Under the pieces are notes generated by a model. The model was not told the origin of the DNA. It was given only the letters and a program-made list of their open reading frames with translations, and made no database searches. DNA of 64,000 nucleotides from a virus (taxonomy: Duplodnaviria > Heunggongvirae > Uroviricota > Caudoviricetes), in IMG/VR virus record IMGVR_UViG_3300032272_000001, positions 39,273 to 103,272 of that record, one strand, 5' to 3'. Shown one piece after another: positions 9,483 to 20,043 of this stretch. A program made the position numbers and the translations under genes. The stretch's first letter is position 1. Each line of letters begins with the position of its first letter.

Positions 9483-10096
9483 TTTCTGATAAGAAAGAAA
9501 TTATACGTGAATATATTAATGATCATTGTATTTTTCGTGCACACCCAAACATAAAATATTCAGAATCGTTTCCCAGAGGAACGTTTGTTTCTGCAAATCC
9601 AACAAATATTTCTGGTAATACATATCTTTTTATGTTGAAAAGATTGATGTATAATCATTTAATGATGGAATATGTATTGGATATTATTCAAAAAATGTTA
9701 CCAACAGATGATTACCAATTTGCTGGATTAGAAAATGGGTCTGTTCCATTATTAATGGCTTTACAGTCTCGGTTGCCAGAAAAGAATATTTTTAGTATTC
9801 GATCAACACGAAAAAGTTATGGTGTTATGCATTATATTAATGGGGTTCCTAATGATACTCCGGTTTTGTTTGTTGATGATTTGGTATCGTCTGGTGCATC
9901 AATGTTGAAAGCTATGCGTATATCAGCAGAAGAATTGAACTTAGATATACTTCCAACATCATTATGTATTGTGAATATGCATAATAAAGATATGATACAT
10001 TCAACAAAATTAAAATCTATTTTTTGTAAAGATGATTTTGATCTTAAATATGATAAAGAAAAGTATTGGTCCCAAAAAGACTTTGAAAGGAATTAA
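9479..10096 (+). CDS. Type I phosphoribosyltransferase (PyrE-like fold), second copy
   Basis: FAGLENGSVP, IRSTRKSYG, LFVDDLVSSGASM. Confidence 0.8.
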   Translation: MISDKKEIIREYINDHCIFRAHPNIKYSESFPRGTFVSANPTNISGNTYLFMLKRLMYNHLMMEYVLDIIQKMLPTDDYQFAGLENGSVPLLMALQSRLPEKNIFSIRSTRKSYGVMHYINGVPNDTPVLFVDDLVSSGASMLKAMRISAEELNLDILPTSLCIVNMHNKDMIHSTKLKSIFCKDDFDLKYDKEKYWSQKDFERN

Positions 10097-10097
10097 T

Positions 10098-11024
10098 ATG
10101 AAAGAGATCTTATGGTCGGAGCTACATAGACCAAAAACCGTCAATGATACTATTTTGCCAGAACGTTTTAAAGAAGCCTTCAACAAAATGGTTGCTGATG
10201 ATGAAATCCCAAATTTGATTTTGTCTGGCTCTCCTGGTGTTGGTAAAACAAGTGTTGCTAAGGCCATGCTTGATGAACTAGGCTGTTCTTCAATGATTAT
10301 CAATGGATCTTTAGATGGCACTAAAGATGCTCTCCGTAACGAAATAAAGGACTTTGCATCGACCGTATCTATGCAAGGTGGTCGCAAGTACGTTATTCTG
10401 GATGAGGCTGATGGTTTGACACATCAAATGCAACCAGCTCTTAAGGCATTTATGGAAGAGTTTTCTGAAAATGCTGGTTTCATTCTTACTTGTAATTTGC
10501 CGCATAAAATTATTCCTGCAATCCATTCAAGATGTTCAATGGTTGAGTTTAAATTTTCTCGTGAAGAAAAGCAAGATTTGTTTAAGAAAGCATTGAAACG
10601 AATCTTTGATATTTTGAAAATTCAAAATGTTGAATACGATCCAAAAGCTGTTGCTGTGTTATTACAAAAATATAGTCCTGATATTAGAAAAACTATTAAT
10701 GAGTTGCAAAAATATTCAGCTAATGGTAAAATAGATACAGGAATATTGACGAATGTTGATGACATATCTTTCAAAAAACTAATAGAACAAATGCAAAATA
10801 AAAGTTTTGATGGTATGAGAAATTGGATTTCTGAAAATGATATGGATCATTATGATATATACAGCAAACTGTATGATAATGTTCGTACTTATTATACACC
10901 AGATAGTTCTGCAATGGCTGTAGTTTTATTAGCAGATTATCAATATAAAGCGTCTTTTGCTATTAATCCTGACATCAATCTTCAAGCAGCTTTACTTGAA
11001 TTATCATCATTGGAGTGGAAATGA
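10098..11024 (+). CDS. 44: Clamp loader large subunit (gp44)
   Basis: LWSELHRPKTV, GSPGVGKTS, ILDEAD, SRC motif. Confidence 0.93.
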   Translation: MKEILWSELHRPKTVNDTILPERFKEAFNKMVADDEIPNLILSGSPGVGKTSVAKAMLDELGCSSMIINGSLDGTKDALRNEIKDFASTVSMQGGRKYVILDEADGLTHQMQPALKAFMEEFSENAGFILTCNLPHKIIPAIHSRCSMVEFKFSREEKQDLFKKALKRIFDILKIQNVEYDPKAVAVLLQKYSPDIRKTINELQKYSANGKIDTGILTNVDDISFKKLIEQMQNKSFDGMRNWISENDMDHYDIYSKLYDNVRTYYTPDSSAMAVVLLADYQYKASFAINPDINLQAALLELSSLEWK

Positions 11025-11377
11025 CAGGCCCTTTCGATTACATAAAATCCATCAATGAAGGAAAAAAAATACCTCTTGATCCTGATTATTCGCAATATCT
11101 TACTAATATGAATTTTGCTATGTTTCCTGATACCATATTTCTTGCAAATGAAATGAATCGAAGAGTTGTTACTGATCAACAACATTATGATTATATGTTG
11201 GCTAATACAACTCCAAGAAAAAGATTCGCGAAATGGCCTAAAAAAACTAAAAAGAATAATGATATATCGATAGTTATGCAAAAATATAAATACAACGTTC
11301 AACGAGCAAAAGAGATAATTTCTATATTGACAGAAAACCAAATAGAAATGATAAGAAAAGAAATGACTGAGGCATGA
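11021..11377 (+). CDS. 62: Clamp loader small subunit (gp62)
   Basis: PFDYIKSIN, FLANEMN, RKRFAKW; position between gp44 and regA. Confidence 0.85.
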   Translation: MTGPFDYIKSINEGKKIPLDPDYSQYLTNMNFAMFPDTIFLANEMNRRVVTDQQHYDYMLANTTPRKRFAKWPKKTKKNNDISIVMQKYKYNVQRAKEIISILTENQIEMIRKEMTEA

Positions 11378-11403
11378 TGTTATGCCTCAAGGAAGGGGTA
11401 TAA

Positions 11404-11790
11404 ATGATTGATTCTTTTATTGAAATTGAGTTGAAAGATGATGGTGATTTTTTAAAAATTGCAGAAACTTTAACAAGAATTGGTATTGCTGATAAAGATG
11501 ACTGTACATTAACACAAATTTGTCATATCTTGCATAAGCGTAAAAAATATTATATAGTACACTATAAAGAAATGTTTTTATTGGATGGTGTATTTACTAA
11601 TATAGATGAAATTGATTTAGCAAGAAGAAATACAATAGCAAATTTATTAGACGACTGGAATCTTCTTACTATTATAAATCCTGAAGTGATATGCGATCCA
11701 TATTTTGATAGAAATCAAGTTCATGTAATCCCATTCAGAGATAAAGAAAAATGGAATCTAGAAGCCAATTATATTATAGGGAATAAATGA
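11404..11790 (+). CDS. regA: Translational repressor RegA
   Basis: DFLKIAETLTRIGIA, CHILHKRKKYYIVHYKEMF, RRNTIA. Confidence 0.95.
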   Translation: MIDSFIEIELKDDGDFLKIAETLTRIGIADKDDCTLTQICHILHKRKKYYIVHYKEMFLLDGVFTNIDEIDLARRNTIANLLDDWNLLTIINPEVICDPYFDRNQVHVIPFRDKEKWNLEANYIIGNK

Positions 11791-11794
11791 TAAT

Positions 11795-11995
11795 ATGAAA
11801 AATAATGAAGTTGATATTGAGATCAGTTTTGGTGAAGATAATACCATGACTATAATGAATTATGGTGATGTTGATTTTACTTTACAAATTTCTGATGGGG
11901 ATAAATTTATCATCAGAACACCACCAAACGATCATACAACTATTTCGCATGATGATCTTGACAAATATAAAATAGAAAATGGAGAAAAAACTTAA
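11795..11995 (+). CDS. Hypothetical protein
   Basis: ORF track. Confidence 0.5.
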   Translation: MKNNEVDIEISFGEDNTMTIMNYGDVDFTLQISDGDKFIIRTPPNDHTTISHDDLDKYKIENGEKT

Positions 11996-11997
11996 TT

Positions 11998-12357
11998 ATG
12001 TCTGATGTAGTAACTGTGTTGGAAGCACCTTATATAAACGGAAAATTTGTCACACCACCTTTTGATAATAATCCGCCATGGCTTAATATTTTTATGAAGC
12101 ATGGTCTTTTGTCGGTATGTCCTCTTGAAACAGAAGGCGCTGCTGTATGGGCAGCAAAAACTAACAATGGTATTATGGTTGCAGAACCAGGTGATGTTTT
12201 ATCCAATGATTTGATGTTTGGTTTGGTTGTTTCAAAACAAAAAAGAAATCGATTGACTTGGGATGAAATAGATCCTAATAAACCAAAACCAAAAAGAAAA
12301 TACGTTCGTAATAAACCAGCTAGCGAACGCGCCCCAAATAAAAAAACAAAAAAATAA
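11998..12357 (+). CDS. Hypothetical protein
   Basis: ORF track. Confidence 0.55.
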   Translation: MSDVVTVLEAPYINGKFVTPPFDNNPPWLNIFMKHGLLSVCPLETEGAAVWAAKTNNGIMVAEPGDVLSNDLMFGLVVSKQKRNRLTWDEIDPNKPKPKRKYVRNKPASERAPNKKTKK

Positions 12358-12472
12358 TGCCTATCAACAAGTTAAAATCATTGATTGCGTTTATACTGAT
12401 ATGTATGAACACATCAATGATTTTATTATTGGTTTGGATATATATGTTACGTGATATTATGATTGGTGGTGT

Positions 12473-14977
12473 ATGGCTAAATTCTATACTAGTGTTCTGA
12501 AAAAAAGTAATAAAATTTATGTACGTGGTTATGAAGACGGTAAAAGATTTTATTTTAAAGACACATTTTCTCCGAAACTATATTTGCCTACAAAAGCAGA
12601 AAGCAAATACAAAACGATACATGGCGATCCTGTTCGTGAGAAAATATTCAAATCTCCAAACGAAATGTGGAGCTTTCAAAACCAATATAAAGATGTGGCT
12701 GGGTTTGAATATTATGGAATGGAAGATTCTGTAACTCAATACATATATGAAAAATATCCTAAGATTATGGAAGAATACAATCCTTCCATAATAAGAACAT
12801 GTATTATTGATATTGAAGTCGATACTACAGGTGGATATCCAGATATAGACCTAGCAGATAAAATGCTTACAGCAATAACAATGATATTTCCTGATATTAC
12901 TATTGCGCTTGGTTATGGTGATTACACACCAACAGATGAAAAAATAAAATACTTCAAATGTAAAAATGAAAAGGATTTAATTAAAAAATTCCTTAAAATA
13001 TGGGATAGTTCTAGATTTGGTCCAGATGTTGTATCCGGTTGGAATATAGAAACATTTGATATTCCTTATCTCGTTAATAGAATAACAAGAATTTTTGATT
13101 ATGATGAAGCATGTAGACTATCACCTTGGGGTTATTTGCAAGAAAGAACTCTACATGTTTATGGAAAAGATCAAAAGGTATATTATCCTTCTGGTATAGC
13201 TATACTTGATTACATTAACATGTACAAAAAGTTTATTGCTGTAACAAAACCACAAGAAAATTATAAATTAGATCATATTGCTTTCGTTGAACTTGGTGAG
13301 AAAAAATTAGATTATTCGACTTATGGTTCTTTGCATAAACTTGCCAAAGAAAATCATCAACTTTTTATGGAGTATAATATAAAAGATTGTGCTCTTGTAG
13401 AAAGGCTTGATAAAAAATATAATCTTTTCCGTCTTGCATATAATGTCGCTTATTCTACTGGTGTTAATTTTGCTGATTCTATGGGTACAGTGAAATCGTG
13501 GGACGCTGCCATATACAGATATTTAGAAGATAGATGTGTGGTAGTGCCGAAAAAAACAAAAAACAATCCCGATAAAAAACTTGTTGGTGGGTATGTAAAA
13601 GATCCAATTAAAGGTTCTTATAAATGGGTTGTTTCTTTTGATTTGACTAGTCTATATCCAAGTTTAATCAGACAATATAATATTGGTCCAGACACCTTTA
13701 TTGAACAATTACCAGACCATTATACAGCTAATGATATGATTGAAAATAAGCATTCAATACACCATAATTATTTGGATGAAAACAATTACGCTATGACTGC
13801 AAATTCTTGCGTATACAGTAAAGATAAAAAATCATTCTTATCTCAGCTAATGGAAGATTTGTTCAATAATAGAGCTTCTACCAAGAAAAATATGAAAGAA
13901 CTTGAAAGAAATCAAGAATCTGGTGAAAAAAATCTTGGTGATAAAATTTCCGAATTAGACACTTTACAGTATGCTATTAAAGTGCGTTTAAACGCTCTAT
14001 ATGGATCGCTAGGTAATAAACACTTCCGATGGTATGATATCAAACACGCAGAAGCAATTACGATTACTGGACAGCTTACCGTCAAATGGGCAGAGCATTA
14101 TGTCAACAAATATATGAATAAAATCGCTGGAACTGAAAATATTGATTATATTATTATGATTGATACTGATAGTATATATGTTAATATGGAACCTGTAATT
14201 AAATCGTCTGGATTAACTGATACGAACGATCTTGTTAATTATATGGATAATCAATGTGAAAATAAATTCGATCCATTCATCAACACAATATTTGAGAAAT
14301 TAAAACAAGTTATGCGTGCACCACAAATGGTTATGCATATGAAAAGAGAAGCCATTGCTGATCGTGGAGTATTTGTTGCGAAGAAACGTTATATTATAAA
14401 TGTTTTAGATAATGAAGGTGTTAGATATACTAAACCAGATTGCAAAATTATTGGTCTGGCAAGCAGAAGATCAGAAACACCTTCTGCTTGTAAAGTAGCT
14501 ATTGCTGAAGTAGCTAGAATAGCTGTTCAGGGAGATGAAAAAGAAATGCACGAATATATAAAGGAATTTGGCAATAAATTTTCTACTCTTTCATATGATG
14601 AAATTTCAAAAAATACTTCTGTTAATGGATTGTATGACTATTCATGTCCAATAGATTTTTATAAAAAAGGAACACCAATTCATGTTCGAGCTGCATTAGT
14701 ATATAATAGATTGGTTGATGAGCTTGGTATTAAAGATAAATTGGAACCTATTTTTGAAGGTGAAAAAATTAAATGGTGTTATACAAAATTACCAAATCCA
14801 GGAAGAGAAGATGTCATTGCTAGTCCTAGCAGTCTTCCAAAAGAGTTTGGAATGGATGAATATATAGATAGACATAGGCAATATGAAAAAACATTTATGA
14901 AACCAGTTGTTGATGTATTGAATGTTATGAATTGGACACCAGAACCAGTCAATAAAATGAGTAGTTTTTATGAGTAA
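12473..14977 (+). CDS. 43: Family B DNA polymerase (gp43)
   Basis: Exo DIEVD and GWNIETFD; SFDLTSLYPS, KVRLNALYG, DTDS. Confidence 0.97.
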   Translation: MAKFYTSVLKKSNKIYVRGYEDGKRFYFKDTFSPKLYLPTKAESKYKTIHGDPVREKIFKSPNEMWSFQNQYKDVAGFEYYGMEDSVTQYIYEKYPKIMEEYNPSIIRTCIIDIEVDTTGGYPDIDLADKMLTAITMIFPDITIALGYGDYTPTDEKIKYFKCKNEKDLIKKFLKIWDSSRFGPDVVSGWNIETFDIPYLVNRITRIFDYDEACRLSPWGYLQERTLHVYGKDQKVYYPSGIAILDYINMYKKFIAVTKPQENYKLDHIAFVELGEKKLDYSTYGSLHKLAKENHQLFMEYNIKDCALVERLDKKYNLFRLAYNVAYSTGVNFADSMGTVKSWDAAIYRYLEDRCVVVPKKTKNNPDKKLVGGYVKDPIKGSYKWVVSFDLTSLYPSLIRQYNIGPDTFIEQLPDHYTANDMIENKHSIHHNYLDENNYAMTANSCVYSKDKKSFLSQLMEDLFNNRASTKKNMKELERNQESGEKNLGDKISELDTLQYAIKVRLNALYGSLGNKHFRWYDIKHAEAITITGQLTVKWAEHYVNKYMNKIAGTENIDYIIMIDTDSIYVNMEPVIKSSGLTDTNDLVNYMDNQCENKFDPFINTIFEKLKQVMRAPQMVMHMKREAIADRGVFVAKKRYIINVLDNEGVRYTKPDCKIIGLASRRSETPSACKVAIAEVARIAVQGDEKEMHEYIKEFGNKFSTLSYDEISKNTSVNGLYDYSCPIDFYKKGTPIHVRAALVYNRLVDELGIKDKLEPIFEGEKIKWCYTKLPNPGREDVIASPSSLPKEFGMDEYIDRHRQYEKTFMKPVVDVLNVMNWTPEPVNKMSSFYE

Positions 14978-15119
14978 GAAAGAAGAAATTAAATACGACA
15001 CACCAGTTACATGCGCAGTTTGCGTGAAATGCTGGAAAAATAAATATGGTGTTTGTCTATATGGCGGACCATTTTCTGGGTATTATGAAATGCCTGATTA
15101 TAAAAAGGAAAATAAATGA
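14970..15119 (+). CDS. Small Cys-rich hypothetical protein (49 aa)
   Basis: Read manually: MSKKEEIKYDTPVTCAVCVKCW..., fills the gp43-uvsX gap with overlaps at both ends. Confidence 0.45.
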   Translation: MSKKEEIKYDTPVTCAVCVKCWKNKYGVCLYGGPFSGYYEMPDYKKENK

Positions 15120-16153
15120 GTTTATCTGAACGTTTAATTAAGAATTCAACTATCAAACAAACAGCAACTTTAAATGATTCTAAAGTTTATGGTACAAAGG
15201 AAATGATACCTACAATCGTTCCAATGATTAATGCTGCATTTTCAGGAAATATTTATGGTGGGTTTGTGCCTGGCATTACCATGATCGCCGGACCATCAAA
15301 ACATTTTAAATCTGGATTTACTTTATTGTGTATAAAGACTTTCTTAGATGCGCATGAAGATGGTGTGGTTCTATTTTATGATTCTGAATTTGGTACACCA
15401 CAAAGTTATTTTGATACATTTGGTATTTCTCTTGATCGTGTTGTTCATACGCCTATTATGGATGTTGAAGAACTTAAACACGACATTATGAAACAGCTTA
15501 ATGAATTAGAAGAAAAAGATAACGTTATGATTGCTATAGATTCTATTGGCAATTTAGCTTCTAAAAAAGAAGTTGATGATGCTCTTGATGGTAAGTCTGT
15601 TGCTGATATGACTAGAGCAAAACAATTAAAATCTCTTGGTAGAATCATTACACCACACCTATCAATGAAAAAAATACCATTGATTGCTGTAAATCATACA
15701 TACAAAACATTAGAAATGTATGCTAAAGATGTTGTTAGTGGTGGTACTGGAATGTATCTGTCAGCTGATACCATATGGATTCTTGGTCGCCAGCAAGATA
15801 AAGACGGTAAAGAAATTCAAGGATATCACTTTATTATTAATGTTGAAAAATCAAGATTTGTTAAAGAAAAATCAAAAATTCCTATCAGTATTTCTTGGGA
15901 AGGTGGTATTAATCGTTGGTCTGGTATGCTAGAAAATGCTCTTGAGCATGGAAGTGTCATCAAACCAAAAATGGGTTGGTATACAACTATGATTAATGGC
16001 GTCCAGGGAGAAAAAAGCTTTCGGGAAAAGGATATTATATCTAATACTAAATTTTGGACAAAAATTTTAGAGGAAACACACCTTGCAGAATTTATTAAAC
16101 TCAAGTATACTGCTGAAAATGTTGGTGGTATTTTAGGAGATGATGATGAATGA
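15116..16153 (+). CDS. uvsX: RecA-like recombinase UvsX
   Basis: AGPSKHFKS, LFYDSEFG, IDSIGNLAS, GGTG, NVEKSR. Confidence 0.95.
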   Translation: MSLSERLIKNSTIKQTATLNDSKVYGTKEMIPTIVPMINAAFSGNIYGGFVPGITMIAGPSKHFKSGFTLLCIKTFLDAHEDGVVLFYDSEFGTPQSYFDTFGISLDRVVHTPIMDVEELKHDIMKQLNELEEKDNVMIAIDSIGNLASKKEVDDALDGKSVADMTRAKQLKSLGRIITPHLSMKKIPLIAVNHTYKTLEMYAKDVVSGGTGMYLSADTIWILGRQQDKDGKEIQGYHFIINVEKSRFVKEKSKIPISISWEGGINRWSGMLENALEHGSVIKPKMGWYTTMINGVQGEKSFREKDIISNTKFWTKILEETHLAEFIKLKYTAENVGGILGDDDE

Positions 16154-16367
16154 TCGTATTAAATCATTACTAACTATTGTTGTGACTATTGGTGCATTAT
16201 TGTTAGGAATTTTCGTTACATTGTATACTGTCAATGTCTTGGTTGTTGTTCCAAGCGAGAAAGAATTCGAACGAAAATGTAAGATAGCTAATGGTGTAGT
16301 TTGGCGGGGTGGTAAATATCAACCAAATAGGTGTGTACCAAAAGAAATGATAATTAAAATACAATGA
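16140..16367 (+). CDS. Small membrane-anchored protein with Cys pair
   Basis: N-terminal TM; CKIANG...C. Confidence 0.55.
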   Translation: MMMNDRIKSLLTIVVTIGALLLGIFVTLYTVNVLVVVPSEKEFERKCKIANGVVWRGGKYQPNRCVPKEMIIKIQ

Positions 16368-17140
16368 AAATAAAGGCATATAGAATCGATGAATCATCAA
16401 GTAACATGGAAATCCGTAAAGGAAACCGTCAGCGAAATTGGATGGACGATACGATATCTAAGTATGCATATAGATGTTTGCCTCTTACTATTGCTAATTG
16501 TACTGGATGGGATCTTTACGCTCCTTGCGATTTTATAGTATCTTGGAATGGTGGAAACCATCAATCTGATATGACTATTAATTACGAAAAAGATGACATG
16601 CATTTTTGTGGTTCTGGTTTTGGATGCGGCATTTTAACATTCCATTCTGGTTATATATTTAAAACATCTCCAGAATGGAATATTATGTGCACCGCACCAA
16701 TTAATGAAGTTATTGACTGGGCAACACCACTTACTGGTATAGTTGAAACTTGGTGGTTAAATTTTACATTCACAATCAATTGGAAACTAAACAAACCAGG
16801 AACATACAAACATGATTGTAAAATTCCTGTAGCAAGAATTATTCCAATTCCACATAATCCAATTATTGAAACATCTATGTGTGTTTTATCTGACAATCAA
16901 ATAATTGATGATGAATATAATGATTGGGTTGATGATAGACAACAATTATTAGATGATATTGATCAATCATTTTCAACACAACAAGATACTGGTAAGGTAA
17001 AATTAGATGAGCCAAAAACTCATTGGGAAAAAACTTATTATACTGGAAAGGACAAATCTGGACAAAGAATAAACAACCATATTATAAAAAAAGAATATCC
17101 AGATTTTGTGGATCTAGATGAAGAATTATATGAAAAATAG
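16364..17140 (+). CDS. DUF6065-like protein
   Basis: AYRCLPLTIANCTGW, LTGIVETWW, FTINWKL recalled as this family. Confidence 0.65.
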   Translation: MKIKAYRIDESSSNMEIRKGNRQRNWMDDTISKYAYRCLPLTIANCTGWDLYAPCDFIVSWNGGNHQSDMTINYEKDDMHFCGSGFGCGILTFHSGYIFKTSPEWNIMCTAPINEVIDWATPLTGIVETWWLNFTFTINWKLNKPGTYKHDCKIPVARIIPIPHNPIIETSMCVLSDNQIIDDEYNDWVDDRQQLLDDIDQSFSTQQDTGKVKLDEPKTHWEKTYYTGKDKSGQRINNHIIKKEYPDFVDLDEELYEK

Positions 17141-17148
17141 GAGTTTGA

Positions 17149-18537
17149 ATGGAAACAACAATAATTTCTAATTTGGCGAAAAATGAAAAGTATGCCAGAA
17201 AAGTTTTGCCGTATTTAGAAGATGAATTGTTTTATGAAAAATCCGAAAAAATACTTTTTAGTATAATTAATGAATATGTAAATAAATACAATTCTCTGCC
17301 AACAAATGAAAGTATGTTTATTGATTTAGATAATATGCCTGGGTTGTCTGAAGATGATTTTTCGGACACTAAACAATTAATACGAGATCTTAAAATAGAT
17401 GAAACTACAGACGATCAATGGCTACTTGATAGATCCGAAGAGTTTGTTCAAGACAGGAGACTTACGAATGCTCTTAGAAAATCTATTAAGGTTTTAGATA
17501 AGGACGCGCAGATTACCAGATCAGCGATACCAGGACTCCTACAGGAAGCACTATCAGTATCCTTCGACAGCCAAATCGGTCACGACTATCTCAAAGACTA
17601 TGCAGAGAGATGGGAATCGTATCACAATCACGCAGCACGTATACCCTTCAATATTGATTATCTCAACATAATTACTGGAGGCGGTTTACCGCTTAAAACA
17701 TTAAGCTGTATTCTAGCACCTACTGGTGTTGGTAAATCCTTGGTTATGAGTTCGCTTGCTGCTGGAAACCTACTTGATCAACGCAACGTTCTATATATAA
17801 CTTTAGAGATGGCCGCAATGGAAGGTATAAGCCAACGCATTGATGCTAATATGCTGGATATTCCAATTAAAGAATTGGTTCAAATGCCAGAATCTGAATA
17901 TAACTCTCGCATGAAAAATCTAAACACAAAAACTAAAGGAAGATTGATAGTCAAAGAATATCCAACAGCAAGTGCTGGTGCTGGACATTTCAGACATTTA
18001 TTAGAAGAATTGCGTATTAAAAAGAATTTTGTTCCTGAAGTAGTGTATATTGATTATATTAATCTTTGCACATCAACAAGAATAAAAGCAGGAACAAACA
18101 CAAATTCATATGCATATATAAAATCGATAGCCGAAGAACTGCGTGGTTTAGCTGTGGAAGAAAACATTGCCATGATAACAGCAACTCAAACAAATAGATC
18201 TGCTATGAATGCTTCTGATATTGATTTAGACCAAACAGCAGATTCTGTTGGCTTGCCAGCAACAGTTGATTTTATGATTGCTCTTATATCTACAGAAGAA
18301 CTTGAAGAAATGAATCAAATGATGATCAAACAATTGAAAAATAGACATGGTGATATGAATATAAATAAAAGGTTCGTTGTTGGGGTGAATAAATCTAAAA
18401 TGAAAATATATGATGCAGATCCAGAAGAACAAGAAAATATTTTAGATGGTCCTGTTATGGATACTACTGAATTCGGTGTACAAGATAATGAAAGAAACAA
18501 GCAATTCAAGAGCAATAAATTTAAAGGTTTTAATTAA
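17149..18537 (+). CDS. 41: Replicative helicase (gp41)
   Basis: APTGVGKS, LYITLEMA, KEYPT, IDYINL, TATQTNR, KQLKNR. Confidence 0.95.
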   Translation: METTIISNLAKNEKYARKVLPYLEDELFYEKSEKILFSIINEYVNKYNSLPTNESMFIDLDNMPGLSEDDFSDTKQLIRDLKIDETTDDQWLLDRSEEFVQDRRLTNALRKSIKVLDKDAQITRSAIPGLLQEALSVSFDSQIGHDYLKDYAERWESYHNHAARIPFNIDYLNIITGGGLPLKTLSCILAPTGVGKSLVMSSLAAGNLLDQRNVLYITLEMAAMEGISQRIDANMLDIPIKELVQMPESEYNSRMKNLNTKTKGRLIVKEYPTASAGAGHFRHLLEELRIKKNFVPEVVYIDYINLCTSTRIKAGTNTNSYAYIKSIAEELRGLAVEENIAMITATQTNRSAMNASDIDLDQTADSVGLPATVDFMIALISTEELEEMNQMMIKQLKNRHGDMNINKRFVVGVNKSKMKIYDADPEEQENILDGPVMDTTEFGVQDNERNKQFKSNKFKGFN

Positions 18538-18554
18538 TTTAGGAGTATGAAGAA

Positions 18555-18803
18555 ATGATGGATGAAACAGAACTTGGCGTTGAGATTATTGATTACGATC
18601 CTGTATTGAATGATATGTTAATTAGATTATCTATGTTGGATAGAGCTGTATTATTTGTTGAAAAAATGGAAGAAGCGATACTTTTCAATGAAAATGAAGC
18701 TTTTTTGTTGATGAATAATATACATAATGAAATTAATGATATCCGTAAGCAAATCAATTCTGTTTTTGTTGAATATTCAAATCAAGTTGGTGTAGATGAG
18801 TAA
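18555..18803 (+). CDS. Hypothetical protein
   Basis: ORF track with SD. Confidence 0.5.
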   Translation: MMDETELGVEIIDYDPVLNDMLIRLSMLDRAVLFVEKMEEAILFNENEAFLLMNNIHNEINDIRKQINSVFVEYSNQVGVDE

Positions 18804-18981
18804 ATTCAGTATTCGTAAAAACCCAAAAACGAAAATGTTTGTGTTGACGGTTAAATATCATGATGGTAAACCAAAAAAAATTAATCATTCAACTAATAGA
18901 AAATTACTAGAACGCCAAAAGTTGTTATATATAAACTCAAAGGCGTTTGAGGGTGAAATACCTATGTTTATGTTCAACTGA
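18796..18981 (+). CDS. Hypothetical protein
   Basis: ORF track. Confidence 0.45.
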   Translation: MSKFSIRKNPKTKMFVLTVKYHDGKPKKINHSTNRKLLERQKLLYINSKAFEGEIPMFMFN

Positions 18982-19001
18982 TAGGTCTATTATCAAAAAA
19001 G

Positions 19002-19009
19002 TATAAATA
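19002..19009 (+). promoter_or_regulatory. T4-type late promoter TATAAATA
   Basis: Exact consensus 30 nt upstream of ORF 19039. Confidence 0.75.
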
Positions 19010-19038
19010 CCATATACAGCAATAATGTAGGTGGTTTT

Positions 19039-20043
19039 ATGGTAGAAAGAACAGTCAGAAGTAAAGAATGGAGGCGAAAGCACTCCATTGCTATGCATAA
19101 AATAGCAACAAAACTTCTGCGACTAAAAAAACTTAAAGCAAAACATTCTGCTAAGAAATCTGTCCTCAAGAAAAGGGCAGAAAAATTAGCATTAGCTTTG
19201 ATTAGGAAAAAATTCTCTAAAAAAAGCTATAATTCGCTTTCAACTTCCCAGAAGATGGCTCTGGATAGAACGATGAAACGCGTCACAATGACACAAGTCA
19301 AAAATATCGCCAAAAAACTATTGCCTATTGTTACAAAACATGAACATGAGCGCGTCAAAAAAATTCGAGAAGAAGTTTCAATTTTTGAAGCTGTTGGTAC
19401 AGATTTTAAACGTTCTATTAAACAACAAAAAACAGCATCAATATCGAAGCACAGACGTACTAAAAGAGGTTCAGAATCATCAAGTTCAAAGCTTAAAGGT
19501 GAATCTCCAGGGTCTCACAGTAGGCTTAAATCCAGAACATTAAGAAAAGCTCTAGAAAAAAGATATGGTGCTAAAGGCGGTGGTAAAACGCGTTTTGCTA
19601 AAATAGCACGAATTATGATGATGCGCCTAGCTGATAATAAAACAGCAAAAAAACGTATTGGTGATAAAGTAGATAAAGAGAAAAAAACAGCATCAAATTT
19701 CAATAGATCAGATATGTCTAAAACAAGTTTTATTGGTAGACATAAAAACGCTACTGGTGGTGGTTTATATACAAGTTACGAATACGATGCATTAGCAGAT
19801 ATGATCTTAGAAGGAAATATGGCGCGCTTTCACGCGCTATTTTTGCGTGGCCTTGTAGATAAAAGCAAAATTGAGGTGACAAAACGCATTTTTGGTGATT
19901 TGGATAGAAATATTAAATTTAGACGTTTCCAAGATGATATTGTCGATATGCTGGAAAAATTGGTCAAATTAATAACCCAAGATGACACAATTTATAATAA
20001 AATAACACAAAAAGTTCAAAGAAAACATCATAGAGGTCAATAA
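19039..20043 (+). CDS. Highly basic late protein, probably virion/prohead-core associated
   Basis: K/R-rich helices (KRAEKLALALIRKK, IAKKLLPIV..HEHERV) behind late promoter. Confidence 0.55.
   Translation: MVERTVRSKEWRRKHSIAMHKIATKLLRLKKLKAKHSAKKSVLKKRAEKLALALIRKKFSKKSYNSLSTSQKMALDRTMKRVTMTQVKNIAKKLLPIVTKHEHERVKKIREEVSIFEAVGTDFKRSIKQQKTASISKHRRTKRGSESSSSKLKGESPGSHSRLKSRTLRKALEKRYGAKGGGKTRFAKIARIMMMRLADNKTAKKRIGDKVDKEKKTASNFNRSDMSKTSFIGRHKNATGGGLYTSYEYDALADMILEGNMARFHALFLRGLVDKSKIEVTKRIFGDLDRNIKFRRFQDDIVDMLEKLVKLITQDDTIYNKITQKVQRKHHRGQ

Noticed and set aside
11368-11389. 8-bp hairpin TGAGGCAT/ATGCCTCA before the regA SD
   Set aside because: It is short, does not occlude the SD, and nothing else supports a regulatory role.
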